DNA of 46,971 bases, the filler included, from Pseudomonadota bacterium (GTDB lineage: Bacteria > Bdellovibrionota_F > JAHFAK01 > JBDREC01): assembly GCA_043820105.1 (NCBI GenBank). It is 5 parts of 5 records of this genome, joined end to end, with 100 filler letters (N's around TTAATTAATTAA, not from the genome) between each part and the next. Parts side by side here need not be neighbours in the genome. Positions count along the whole stretch, not along the records: positions 20,487 to 38,678 come from JBDREC010000111.1; 4 more parts are not named here. One strand, written 5' to 3'. Shown piece after piece: positions 20,487 to 29,594 of the stretch. The notes beneath the pieces are model-generated. The model was not told the DNA's origin. It was given only the letters and a program-made list of their open reading frames with translations, and searched no databases. The position numbers and the translations under genes were made by a program. Position 1 is the stretch's first letter, and each line of letters begins with the position of its first letter.

Positions 20487-20644
20487 ATCTTACTTTTTAT
20501 TGAATATTGGAGTGTGCACCCATTGGGTTATTTATGAAAATATTAATCTTTTGCTTAATATCCCGTTCTTATCTTGGCTTGCTCTGTTTTCTATTCTTCT
20601 CTTTTATTAAGAATCGCCTTGTTTAGGCAATAGTTAATGAAAGA

Positions 20645-21949
20645 ATGTTGGAAATATTAGCTTCTAAGCTAAGTGATGAAGAATTTATAAGAATTGAACA
20701 ATATTTTGAATCGCGCCAAAACCAGCCTGATTTAAGTGCAAGTCAACATAGTTCTTTGAGGCTTACAATGATACTGCTTGCAAAAGCAAAATTAATAAGA
20801 GCTGAGATAGCAAATCCTATAGCACCTGTTGATATTTTTGCACAATCTTTAGAAGCTCTTTCTTCTGTTGCTTCAAAAGAAGTTATCGAGGCTTTAAGTT
20901 TTATTAACAATTTAACGAATGAAATAATCGCTTCTCCAAATAGCAAACAATTCCTTGCAAATCTAAATATTAAAATTCTGGAAAGGCATTTAAATACTTT
21001 TATTGAATTGGATGCTAGTGATTTTAATAAAATTCCAATTAAAAATATAAAGATGCTTTTTACTTCTCTTGTTATGATTGTTTGCGAAAATAAAGCAGAT
21101 GTACTTGAGCCAAGTAGAGTTAAAATACTTGAAATAATTGATAGTTTAATAAGAATAAAAGGCGTAGAAATTCTTTGTAATAATAGTATGATTACTGTTT
21201 TTCTTGATACTTTAATAGAATTACGTGAAGCCAAATCATCTAAAATCAGAACACTTGCTTCACGAATAGAAACATACGTTTATTGTGAAGTAACAACAGT
21301 TCAGGTTTTAGCAAGACAAAATGGGAAAATGCACGATAACTTAAAAAGCCCTGATCCTGATGTTAGAAAAGGTGCTTTAGAGATTTTAGGAGAGTCAACA
21401 AGGTCAATGGAAATCCTTAGAAAATTGTTGCAAGTTAATGCTAATAGAGCTGGAATAGAAATAGATATAGAATCTGAAATGGAATTTATAGCAAGAATAA
21501 GAGCGTTAAAAGTGGCTCAAGATATGCGTTCAACTGCTTTATTACCTAGACCAAAAGAATCCGCACAAACTACGGATGGTGAAGTAGCACCAACTGAGAC
21601 AACAGTTAGAGAAATGCTCATACAAGCACAAGAAAGTGAAGGTCATTTGCTTAGACCCTCAGATGTTTCAGCTGATCTTTTAGTGCCTTCAGAAGCTTCT
21701 CTTACAGCTATGGAGCTTACTGTAGTTCAGCGAAGAACTATTGGAACTTACAGAAGGTTATTAAAAGCAAGAGGCCTTGATGTTGAGAGACTAGAAGATT
21801 CAGAACTTGCTAGAATTTCAAGTAAAGCTAAAGAGCTTGGTTTTACATCTGTGTCAGATAGAATTGATTTTGTTGAAGCTGAAGCTATGAAAGTTATAAC
21901 TGGATCAGCAAAAGCTCAAGAGATGGGGGCTGGCAGGGTTAGGAAATAA
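20645..21949 (+). CDS. Hypothetical alpha-helical (HEAT-like) protein with basic C-terminus
   Basis: 434-aa ORF; LKSPDPDVRKGALEILGE resembles a HEAT repeat; ends GAGRVRK. Confidence 0.65.
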   Translation: MLEILASKLSDEEFIRIEQYFESRQNQPDLSASQHSSLRLTMILLAKAKLIRAEIANPIAPVDIFAQSLEALSSVASKEVIEALSFINNLTNEIIASPNSKQFLANLNIKILERHLNTFIELDASDFNKIPIKNIKMLFTSLVMIVCENKADVLEPSRVKILEIIDSLIRIKGVEILCNNSMITVFLDTLIELREAKSSKIRTLASRIETYVYCEVTTVQVLARQNGKMHDNLKSPDPDVRKGALEILGESTRSMEILRKLLQVNANRAGIEIDIESEMEFIARIRALKVAQDMRSTALLPRPKESAQTTDGEVAPTETTVREMLIQAQESEGHLLRPSDVSADLLVPSEASLTAMELTVVQRRTIGTYRRLLKARGLDVERLEDSELARISSKAKELGFTSVSDRIDFVEAEAMKVITGSAKAQEMGAGRVRK

Positions 21950-22044
21950 GTGGTAAGTCGTAAGTTGTAAGCCTTAAGCTGTAAGATCTGTCCTTGACTA
22001 ACTTGATGTTTTGTTGTTTTTATTTTCGAGATTAAGATAATTAG

Positions 22045-25000
22045 TTGAGGGTGTTCAAAATGAAATTAATTAAAGTCATGCTACTTTTTTTATTCCTAAA
22101 TTTATTATTTTTCCATTTATATGCAAATGAAGAAATAAAAGAAATCGAAATCTATGTTGACAGGGCTCCTACTTCTTCACATTCCTATGGTGAACTCATG
22201 CTTCGGTTTGAAGATTTTATGGACAGCAATTCTGAGTACAAGGATCGGGTTGAAGTTTTGGGATTTGAATTGTTTAAAGGATATTATAATAAAAATTATT
22301 ATTTATTTGATTTTGAAAATAAAACAGAAAAAGAAAGCCTGCCAAATCCTTTTGAAAATGATGGCAATATGCTTTATGAAAAAGAAAATATTCCATATCT
22401 GTCTAATTGGGATGGAATAATTTTTCAATATCCAAGAACAAATTTTGATTTACTTGAGCAGATAAAGGAAAGTTCAGTTTTCGGAAAAACCAAAGAAAGC
22501 GTTTTATACAGATCAAGAGAAGGCATTATCCAAAAAAAAACAGGTTCTATTGTGTCGTTAAAAAGCAGCCTTGGTAAAAAAATGGATGCTTTTAAAGTTG
22601 ATACTTCAAAACAAAAAGACAACAGATGGCATCTTATATTTGGCTTCAGATATAAATTAAAAATAGATTCTCAGGAAGTTGTGTTAGTTGGACTTGTTAA
22701 GGATTTTGGATCTTTAATTAGAAGAGTAACCTTTTATAAGAATCTAAATAAAAACCTAAAAGAAAAACTTATCCTGTTTCCAGGTTCCGCTATAGTTGAT
22801 TTTGACGATCATCCTTTTAATACAGAGAATTTGCTGCAGATTTATGAAAAAATGGGAGTTGATGTAATAAATGTTAATTATCATGAATTAAAGTATGCAA
22901 AGGATAAAATAATAGAGTATGGGAAAACAAAAGATCCTTTAAAAATTCAATTCATTTCTTCTAATATATTTAAAAATACCACTAATAGCGAAAAAGATTA
23001 TTTGTTTACTCCTTATGCAATTAAAGAAATTAATGGGATTAAGGTTGGAGTTATTGGCTTAGCTGATGACAGATCATATGCCTGGCTTGAAAACAATGAA
23101 AGAGATGACCTCATATTTATGGAATATGAAGAAGCAATAAAGAAAGTTATATCCCAAATTATAGACAAAGTTGATTTTATTGTTCTGCTTTCCAGGTTAA
23201 GAAATGAGGTTAATGCAAAATTTACCCATATCAGTGGGCTTGATTTTATTCTTTCAAACATGGAATGGCCCTTTTCACCTGTTTCTGAACGAAGCCTAAA
23301 GGTTTCTAAAGACCACTTCAGATTTAATAAACTGATAGGTATTACAAGCCATTCAGAAATTGAAAAGTTAAGCATTAAGCTTATAAAAGAAAATGACAAA
23401 TTCAGACCCATTGAGATTGTTGAGCAAAATATTATGTTAGATGATTCAATTTCCTTGGATGAAGAAGCAGAACCATTAAGAGAAGAAGCCTGGGCAGAGA
23501 TGCTGGATTTAAAGGAAGTTTTAATTCAGGATCAAAAAATGATATTTCCAAAAAAGAATTCTAAAGATTCAGTTGATAACAAATTAACAGATGATAACTT
23601 AACTAATTTTGTTGCCAGAGTAATGCTTGAGTCATCTGATAGTGAACTCGTTGTGACCACTAAAAAATTCCGATCAAACTTCAGATCAATGCCAGGTCCG
23701 CTTTATAGACGCTATTTTGATGAGTGGTTAAGTGATAAAGAATATATAGTGTTAATTGAGTTGTCCGGAAAAGATTTACTTAATTTCAACGAGGAATTGA
23801 AAATCGAAGCTGACAAACAGTTAGGGGTAGGTACTTTGATGCTTGGTTTGGATGATTTTGGCAGGATTAATGGACGCAAGGTTACTTTAGGTGAATATTA
23901 TACAATATCTGTTGATTCGTTTCTTTTGAATAATCCTGAAAAATTTCCAACACTGAAAAATGCAATTAATATTAGAGATAATTTTAATAATACGAGATCA
24001 GGCTTAAAAGTTTCTTCAAAAGGTCAAAAAGTTCTGATTAAAGATATGGTCATTGATTATTTAAAGAAATTAAATGAAAAATATGAGGGTAAAAGTGAAA
24101 AAGAACTTTTTAAAGCCCTTGATAAACCATTTCGAAACACATATAAAGAAATTAGTAAGGAAGCAAAAACCACTGATGATAAGGAACTTGCGCTGTTAAA
24201 GACAAGACTGGATTCAGAAGTTGAATTAATAAAAAAAGAGCTTGTGGAAAAAGTTAATGAAGATTATTATAAACACCTGCAAAATTTATTTTCCGTTCCA
24301 TCACCAACTCCAAAAGGTAATTTCAGAATAAATGTTAAAGAACTTTCTCTAAGTATTATGAACAATGATATGATAAATAATACTGACTTTACTGAAGTTA
24401 GTAATAGTCGTGTGGCAGGAACTGATCAGTTGCTTATTGGCGGAGGTCTGGATTCCGCTTTAGAATATGATTACATTGATTTTAATTGGGATACTGAATT
24501 AACAGCTGACCTTCAAAGAATTACTGTTCAAGTTCCAGGAAGTGATAGTATTACTCAAGATATTGAAGATGAAATATTATTGCAGACTGAATTGTCATAC
24601 AAGACTTTGAAATATTCACAAAATTGGTTTTCTCATGATATTGGACCATTTGGCAATATTTCCTATGAAACAGAATTTACTCCAGAAGATGGCTTGCCCA
24701 GAGTTTCTTTATTTGATGTGATTTTAGGAGGCAAAATATTTTCTGGCAATTATTTGCAATCCTTCAAACTGGGTGGTTTAATGGAAACGGATTTTGCTCA
24801 GGACAATAATATTGAATATGGTATATATTCAAAGCTAGAGTTCATGTATCCACTTCCCGCTGGCTCTGTTTGGCTATCTGAATCAATTATGAAATACTTT
24901 TTTCCATCTTCATCTGATACCGCTGATGACCTTGGTTTAGAACTAGGCCTTTCAAATAAATTTCTTGTTCCAATTTTAAGAGACTTAAGCCTTGGCCCAT

Positions 25001-25119
25001 ATGCCGATATTTTCATGTATACAGGCAAGGAAGTTGATGCTTTTGGTGCAAGTGTGATTATTGGTTTGACACTAAGTTATTCAAAGATTTGGAAGCCGGC
25101 TTATCAGAGGCTGTTTTAA
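22045..25119 (+). CDS. Secreted 5'-nucleotidase-like metallophosphoesterase domain fused to a C-terminal outer-membrane beta-barrel-like domain
   Basis: Signal peptide (likely ATG 22060); FISSNI, PYAIKEINGIKVGVIGL, VDFIVLLS motifs of the UshA family; last ~270 aa amphipathic beta strands ending in Phe. Confidence 0.7.
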   Translation: MRVFKMKLIKVMLLFLFLNLLFFHLYANEEIKEIEIYVDRAPTSSHSYGELMLRFEDFMDSNSEYKDRVEVLGFELFKGYYNKNYYLFDFENKTEKESLPNPFENDGNMLYEKENIPYLSNWDGIIFQYPRTNFDLLEQIKESSVFGKTKESVLYRSREGIIQKKTGSIVSLKSSLGKKMDAFKVDTSKQKDNRWHLIFGFRYKLKIDSQEVVLVGLVKDFGSLIRRVTFYKNLNKNLKEKLILFPGSAIVDFDDHPFNTENLLQIYEKMGVDVINVNYHELKYAKDKIIEYGKTKDPLKIQFISSNIFKNTTNSEKDYLFTPYAIKEINGIKVGVIGLADDRSYAWLENNERDDLIFMEYEEAIKKVISQIIDKVDFIVLLSRLRNEVNAKFTHISGLDFILSNMEWPFSPVSERSLKVSKDHFRFNKLIGITSHSEIEKLSIKLIKENDKFRPIEIVEQNIMLDDSISLDEEAEPLREEAWAEMLDLKEVLIQDQKMIFPKKNSKDSVDNKLTDDNLTNFVARVMLESSDSELVVTTKKFRSNFRSMPGPLYRRYFDEWLSDKEYIVLIELSGKDLLNFNEELKIEADKQLGVGTLMLGLDDFGRINGRKVTLGEYYTISVDSFLLNNPEKFPTLKNAINIRDNFNNTRSGLKVSSKGQKVLIKDMVIDYLKKLNEKYEGKSEKELFKALDKPFRNTYKEISKEAKTTDDKELALLKTRLDSEVELIKKELVEKVNEDYYKHLQNLFSVPSPTPKGNFRINVKELSLSIMNNDMINNTDFTEVSNSRVAGTDQLLIGGGLDSALEYDYIDFNWDTELTADLQRITVQVPGSDSITQDIEDEILLQTELSYKTLKYSQNWFSHDIGPFGNISYETEFTPEDGLPRVSLFDVILGGKIFSGNYLQSFKLGGLMETDFAQDNNIEYGIYSKLEFMYPLPAGSVWLSESIMKYFFPSSSDTADDLGLELGLSNKFLVPILRDLSLGPYADIFMYTGKEVDAFGASVIIGLTLSYSKIWKPAYQRLF

Positions 25120-25231
25120 GGTTCTGGGGAAATAATCAATAATTAATAAATAACAATTAATAATTAATTCACATAAAAACTTTGCAATTAATTTATCCAG
25201 TTTATACAATCATTGTCGATTTTGTTCACCA

Positions 25232-27634
25232 ATGAGGTTCTTTATGAAAAAACTAATTCTTATTGTTTTATCTATATTTGTTCTAATTTCTTTTTCAGCT
25301 TGTGAGTTTCTAGGCATCGAACTTTGGGGTGAAGAAGATGATGCTGAGGTCACTTTTTATTTTGATGAAGAAACTACTACTGAGATAAACTCAGCTCTAG
25401 AAGCCTATGATGCAGAAAATCCAGATTCTGCTAATTCTACCCTTGTTTTTGCTGTTTATTCTGATGAGCTTGCAGATGAAGAGGCTACATCTTATTTTAA
25501 AAGTGATAAAATAGAAATTAATAAGCAGATCACCTGTTTTAAAAACTCAAATAAAAAAGATTGTGAAATCAAAATTAAAGGGAAAAAAGATTATTTATAT
25601 AGAGCTGATATTGCTTATCATAATGGTAATAATGATGATGTGAAACCTGTATTTCCAGCTATTGATGGCAAGAAAAATTATATAAATTTTAAGGACAAAA
25701 AAAGAATTGAGTGTGAATATGATGATAAAGTTGAAATAATTAAACCAAAGGAAAAAGGGAAATTTCAAGATGATATAGAAGATGAAGAACCTTCAGAGGG
25801 AATTAATATTTCAGGTATTTACAAATTAACCTTTACTGAAAATACGAAAAGCAAAAAAGATGCAAGTTTTTCTGGTAATATTGAAGATCTTGATGAAATG
25901 ACAGTTAAAATGTTCCACACACCTGCTGAAAATAAAGTTTATTTAAAAATTAAAGATAAGGATGCAATCTTTACCTGTTCAACGGAATTTAAGGAAAAAA
26001 ATGACTATACAGACTTTACAATTGCCTGTGAAGATTCAGAAAATGACAATTTGAAAATTCCCACTGAATATCCGGGCTGCTATCAATATTTTTACTTTAT
26101 TCTTAATGGCAAATATTACCCTTCAGAAAATAAAGGTGAAGGCAAATTTGATATGACTTATAATCCAAGTGATGATTGCCCAAAACAAGTTAAAAAAGAA
26201 AAGATAAGTCAAAAAGTGACTATTGAACGAATTGATACGCATGCTGATGATGTTGAAGATCCTGATCCTGATGAAATTAAAGATAAGCCTGTTACTAACA
26301 AACCATTTAAATTTAAGAAAAAAGATATCATTCTAATGTGCGATGGTGAAGAAGTAAAAAATAATGATTTAAAAGAAGAATTGCTTGATTTAGTTGGTCT
26401 TGAATATAAAAAGGGCAAAATTTATTATACATTTGATAATACAGATTATACTGGAAGCTTATCCTTTGGTTCAGAAAATTGGGATATAGCTTGCACTGAT
26501 TTTGGTGATACAAATGTAACTTTTTGCCAATCAGATGTAGTGGACAAAAGAGATTATCAAGGTTTTGCTTATTCCTATTATTCAATAGATGAAAAGGGAG
26601 GGAAAAAATATAAGATTGTAATACAGATTGCAGATGAAGAATTGATTGGAGTATATGGTAAAGTCATGATGAAGTCTGATAAAAATGATGATGATTATGA
26701 TCTTTCTTCTTCAGCTCAATGTTCTTTATTTATTAAAGCAGCTAACGCTGATTTTAATTATTTTGATGCGGAGTATTATGAAGAATTTGCCCAAGATTTA
26801 GATGAAGCTGATGTCGCTGAAATATTAGAAGCAGATGGTTTTGATTTTGATGAAGATGATGTTGTCTTATATCATTATAAAGATACTGCTTTAAGCTTAG
26901 ACTGCCTTCCATGGGCTAGTTATTTAGATGCTAGTACATTAAGGGTTTCGTTTAGTGGCAATAAAATGACCTTTACTGGATATGGTGTAAGCGGAAATCA
27001 AACTTTTACCATAGATTCTGATAATTCAATGTGGACAGATAAATATTACATGAACTGGGGAGATGGAATGCAGGTGTTTCTGAATGGAAACTATTCAGGT
27101 TATCCTGCTCAGGCAATTTTTGCTTATTTTCCATTATATGATATGGCTTATGCGATGTTGGAAATTTCTTCTCCACAGGGAAGATGTGAAGTAGAGTTAG
27201 ATGCTCAGTATTATCATGATGAAATCCATGAAATAACAGAGAAAACATATTCTGAGACCATATCAAATGATTATTATGATTCAACAGATTATGTTAACTC
27301 TTGCTTTGATGCAAGTGCTGTTTCTTCCTCAAAGTTCACTATTGCATACTCTGATTCCAGGTCACTTGTATTGGAAATGACAAAACCTGGGGGTAAAACA
27401 TTAGATATTGATCTATCCTGGGCAGAGGGAGTTGGTTATACATACTATGCCGATAGCACTGAAGATCCATATATTTATGCCTTTGCTTTACCAAGTACAA
27501 TTTTTTATGAAATTGATAAAGCTGGGAATTTTGCTTTTACAGATGATTCAAAAATAATTGAACTATATTTTATGTATTTTTCTTATGTCGATTATTCCTA
27601 TTGCTGGGATACATATTTTGGATTTTTGGAGTAA
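25232..27634 (+). CDS. Large acidic lipoprotein of unknown function
   Basis: Lipobox FSAC after a hydrophobic leader; D/E/Y-rich with paired cysteines. Confidence 0.75.
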   Translation: MRFFMKKLILIVLSIFVLISFSACEFLGIELWGEEDDAEVTFYFDEETTTEINSALEAYDAENPDSANSTLVFAVYSDELADEEATSYFKSDKIEINKQITCFKNSNKKDCEIKIKGKKDYLYRADIAYHNGNNDDVKPVFPAIDGKKNYINFKDKKRIECEYDDKVEIIKPKEKGKFQDDIEDEEPSEGINISGIYKLTFTENTKSKKDASFSGNIEDLDEMTVKMFHTPAENKVYLKIKDKDAIFTCSTEFKEKNDYTDFTIACEDSENDNLKIPTEYPGCYQYFYFILNGKYYPSENKGEGKFDMTYNPSDDCPKQVKKEKISQKVTIERIDTHADDVEDPDPDEIKDKPVTNKPFKFKKKDIILMCDGEEVKNNDLKEELLDLVGLEYKKGKIYYTFDNTDYTGSLSFGSENWDIACTDFGDTNVTFCQSDVVDKRDYQGFAYSYYSIDEKGGKKYKIVIQIADEELIGVYGKVMMKSDKNDDDYDLSSSAQCSLFIKAANADFNYFDAEYYEEFAQDLDEADVAEILEADGFDFDEDDVVLYHYKDTALSLDCLPWASYLDASTLRVSFSGNKMTFTGYGVSGNQTFTIDSDNSMWTDKYYMNWGDGMQVFLNGNYSGYPAQAIFAYFPLYDMAYAMLEISSPQGRCEVELDAQYYHDEIHEITEKTYSETISNDYYDSTDYVNSCFDASAVSSSKFTIAYSDSRSLVLEMTKPGGKTLDIDLSWAEGVGYTYYADSTEDPYIYAFALPSTIFYEIDKAGNFAFTDDSKIIELYFMYFSYVDYSYCWDTYFGFLE

Positions 27635-27639
27635 AAAAC

Positions 27640-28011
27640 TTAAACTCTTATTACAAAATTAATTCTCTCTTTCAAATAATCGGTATTATATGGCTTGGGA
27701 ATAAAATCATAAGCCCCCATCATCATAAAGGATTCTTTCATCTTGTCTTTTGCTGTAAGAATTATGACAGGAATGTCACGTGTATTTGTATTAGCTTTTA
27801 GCATCCAAAATAGCTCATATCCTGTTATATTAGGCATCATTACATCAAGTAATATCACATCTGGCCTTTCTACTATAGCCTGATGAAAACCTTCCAATGG
27901 ATCTAAGTTAGTGATAACATTATATTCTTCGTTTTTAAGTAAGACTCCTAAGGTGAAAAGAATATCTTCATCATCATCAATAATTAGTACTTTCTTAATG
28001 TCTTGTGGCAT
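27640..28011 (-). CDS. Single-domain response regulator (receiver)
   Basis: Start moved to ATG 28011 (GAGGAGG RBS); IIDDD, LLDVMMP, ILTAK, FIPKPY. Confidence 0.9.
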   Translation of the reverse strand: MPQDIKKVLIIDDDEDILFTLGVLLKNEEYNVITNLDPLEGFHQAIVERPDVILLDVMMPNITGYELFWMLKANTNTRDIPVIILTAKDKMKESFMMMGAYDFIPKPYNTDYLKERINFVIRV

Positions 28012-28050
28012 TTCCTCCTCCTTTTTCAAGAATACCCCCTTGTAATTCTT

Positions 28051-28099
28051 ATTATATAATATCACTTCATATAAGTCAAAAAGTGTGATAAAAGTCACA
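28051..28099 (-). promoter_or_regulatory. Sigma-70 promoter with adjacent CRP/FNR-family box
   Basis: Minus strand TTGACT-N17-TATAAT (28079-28051); perfect TGTGA-N6-TCACA at 28084-28099. Confidence 0.7.
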
Positions 28100-28270
28100 A
28101 ACCTAAATTGATTTAATAAAAACAAGTACTTAGCTCAAATTCTGCATGGATTTAAATTCCATTTTTTAAATAAAATACGAAATAATTGATAAAAATTGCA
28201 AATTTGCAGAGAAATTTCATTAAAAAAATTGTTTATAGAGGAATTATTGATGAAAAAAAGTTATTTATAT

Positions 28271-28480
28271 CTAATTGCCAGTTCCTGATTCACATTTTCC
28301 AAATGCAGCTGCACCGCTATTGCATTTTGAACCAGCAGCAGCTCCTGCTTCGCAACCTGAATTTGCTTCAGGTCCAGCTACACAGCTGGCTGGATTCCCG
28401 GCAGCATCTCCATTAATACAAGCAGCTGCACCTATTCCAGGTGGATAAATTCTATATATTTTAGGTTCTTGATATTTCAT
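28271..28480 (-). CDS. scmA: RiPP precursor peptide, SynChlorMet ScmA-like
   Basis: YxxPxI leader (YQEPKI) and five CxxG units (C21, C33, C43, C53, C63); directly downstream of an scmC-like gene. Confidence 0.7.
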   Translation of the reverse strand: MKYQEPKIYRIYPPGIGAAACINGDAAGNPASCVAGPEANSGCEAGAAAGSKCNSGAAAFGKCESGTGN

Positions 28481-28493
28481 TATTGATCCCTAT

Positions 28494-29369
28494 TTATATT
28501 ACTTTTTCGATTTCTTCCCAAAATTTACCATCTAAAGTTGCGTCCAGATTATATGCTGGAATTTGCATACTAATATTAGCTGCATTATTAAACATATGAC
28601 TAAAATACATTTTTTTGTCTACGGGTCTAATTTTTGTAAAAAATGATTCAAGTGGTTGTTTTAGACTTTGATAAATCCCCTGGCAAGCTTCTCCTTTTGA
28701 AAGAGGTGTTACTTTATCAATTTCTGCTTGCTTTAGAAAAAATATAGCCTTTAAAGGGACTGAATAACTAGAATTAAATGTTGAATGTTTTCTTAGCCAG
28801 AGATGGTCAGACCATGTTGGAAGAGGGTGGCCGACAATTTGCTTGTCTTTGTCTTTTAATAATAAGGCCATATCATCAGACAATGGTTTCCAATAATCCG
28901 GCAATCTTTCATAACATGTAGATTTACCAACTCCACCGGAAGCCGCGATTAAAATGCCCTTGCCATTTAACTCTGCAAAAGTTGCATGAATGGGGCCTCC
29001 GTTATTTGAACAATAGAACAGACTTATTGGTCTAACTAATGACCACATATTAATTACTTTTATTTCAGGATGATCAATATACTCTTTGTTTATTTCAACC
29101 AAGAATTCAGGAGTTTTTTTATTAATAACAACTCTTGCTGATTTACCTTGTTTTATTTCAATATAATCATCTTTATTATATTCTGTTTTTTTATTTTCAT
29201 TATTGTATTCATTGATGATAATTTTATATTCAGAGTTTGAAGCTTCGGTTTTTTCAAGACCCAGTATTTCAGCAAAATTATTTAAAAGAGGTTTCAGTTC
29301 TTCTGAATATGAAAAAATCCAATCTTTTCCATCTGCAAATTTCAGTTTATAGTTTAAATAATTTATCAT
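28494..29369 (-). CDS. scmC: SynChlorMet cassette protein ScmC (HPr-kinase-like P-loop protein)
   Basis: PIHATFAELNGKGILIAASGGVGKSTC, LSDD, HPLPTWSD, PLKAIFFLKQA, C-terminal GKFWEEIEKVI. Confidence 0.8.
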   Translation of the reverse strand: MINYLNYKLKFADGKDWIFSYSEELKPLLNNFAEILGLEKTEASNSEYKIIINEYNNENKKTEYNKDDYIEIKQGKSARVVINKKTPEFLVEINKEYIDHPEIKVINMWSLVRPISLFYCSNNGGPIHATFAELNGKGILIAASGGVGKSTCYERLPDYWKPLSDDMALLLKDKDKQIVGHPLPTWSDHLWLRKHSTFNSSYSVPLKAIFFLKQAEIDKVTPLSKGEACQGIYQSLKQPLESFFTKIRPVDKKMYFSHMFNNAANISMQIPAYNLDATLDGKFWEEIEKVI

Positions 29370-29480
29370 TTTATTAATTTTTCCAAAGTATATATTTTAA
29401 CTTGTTTCTTTTTAATGAAAAATGCTTTGAAGTCAAAGAAAAAGGTGAATTAATTAACAGAATAATTTAAAACTGCCCAC

Positions 29481-29519
29481 TTGACATGCCGCGACAGATT
29501 TGCTAGATATGCCGCTCAC
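29481..29519 (+). promoter_or_regulatory. Sigma-70 promoter candidate with GC-rich discriminator
   Basis: TTGACA-N17-TAGATA with extended TGn, followed by GCCGCTCAC. Confidence 0.4.
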
Positions 29520-29594
29520 TTCAAAACCAAATTCAAAAGCTTAAGAGTATATTTTATAGCAATTTTTTTTATTAATAAGGATATTTTCAAGCAA

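Noticed and set aside
20534..20647. TAG stop-codon reassignment
   Set aside because: TAG terminates several well-supported genes in the window (e.g. 7666, 18464, 34228).
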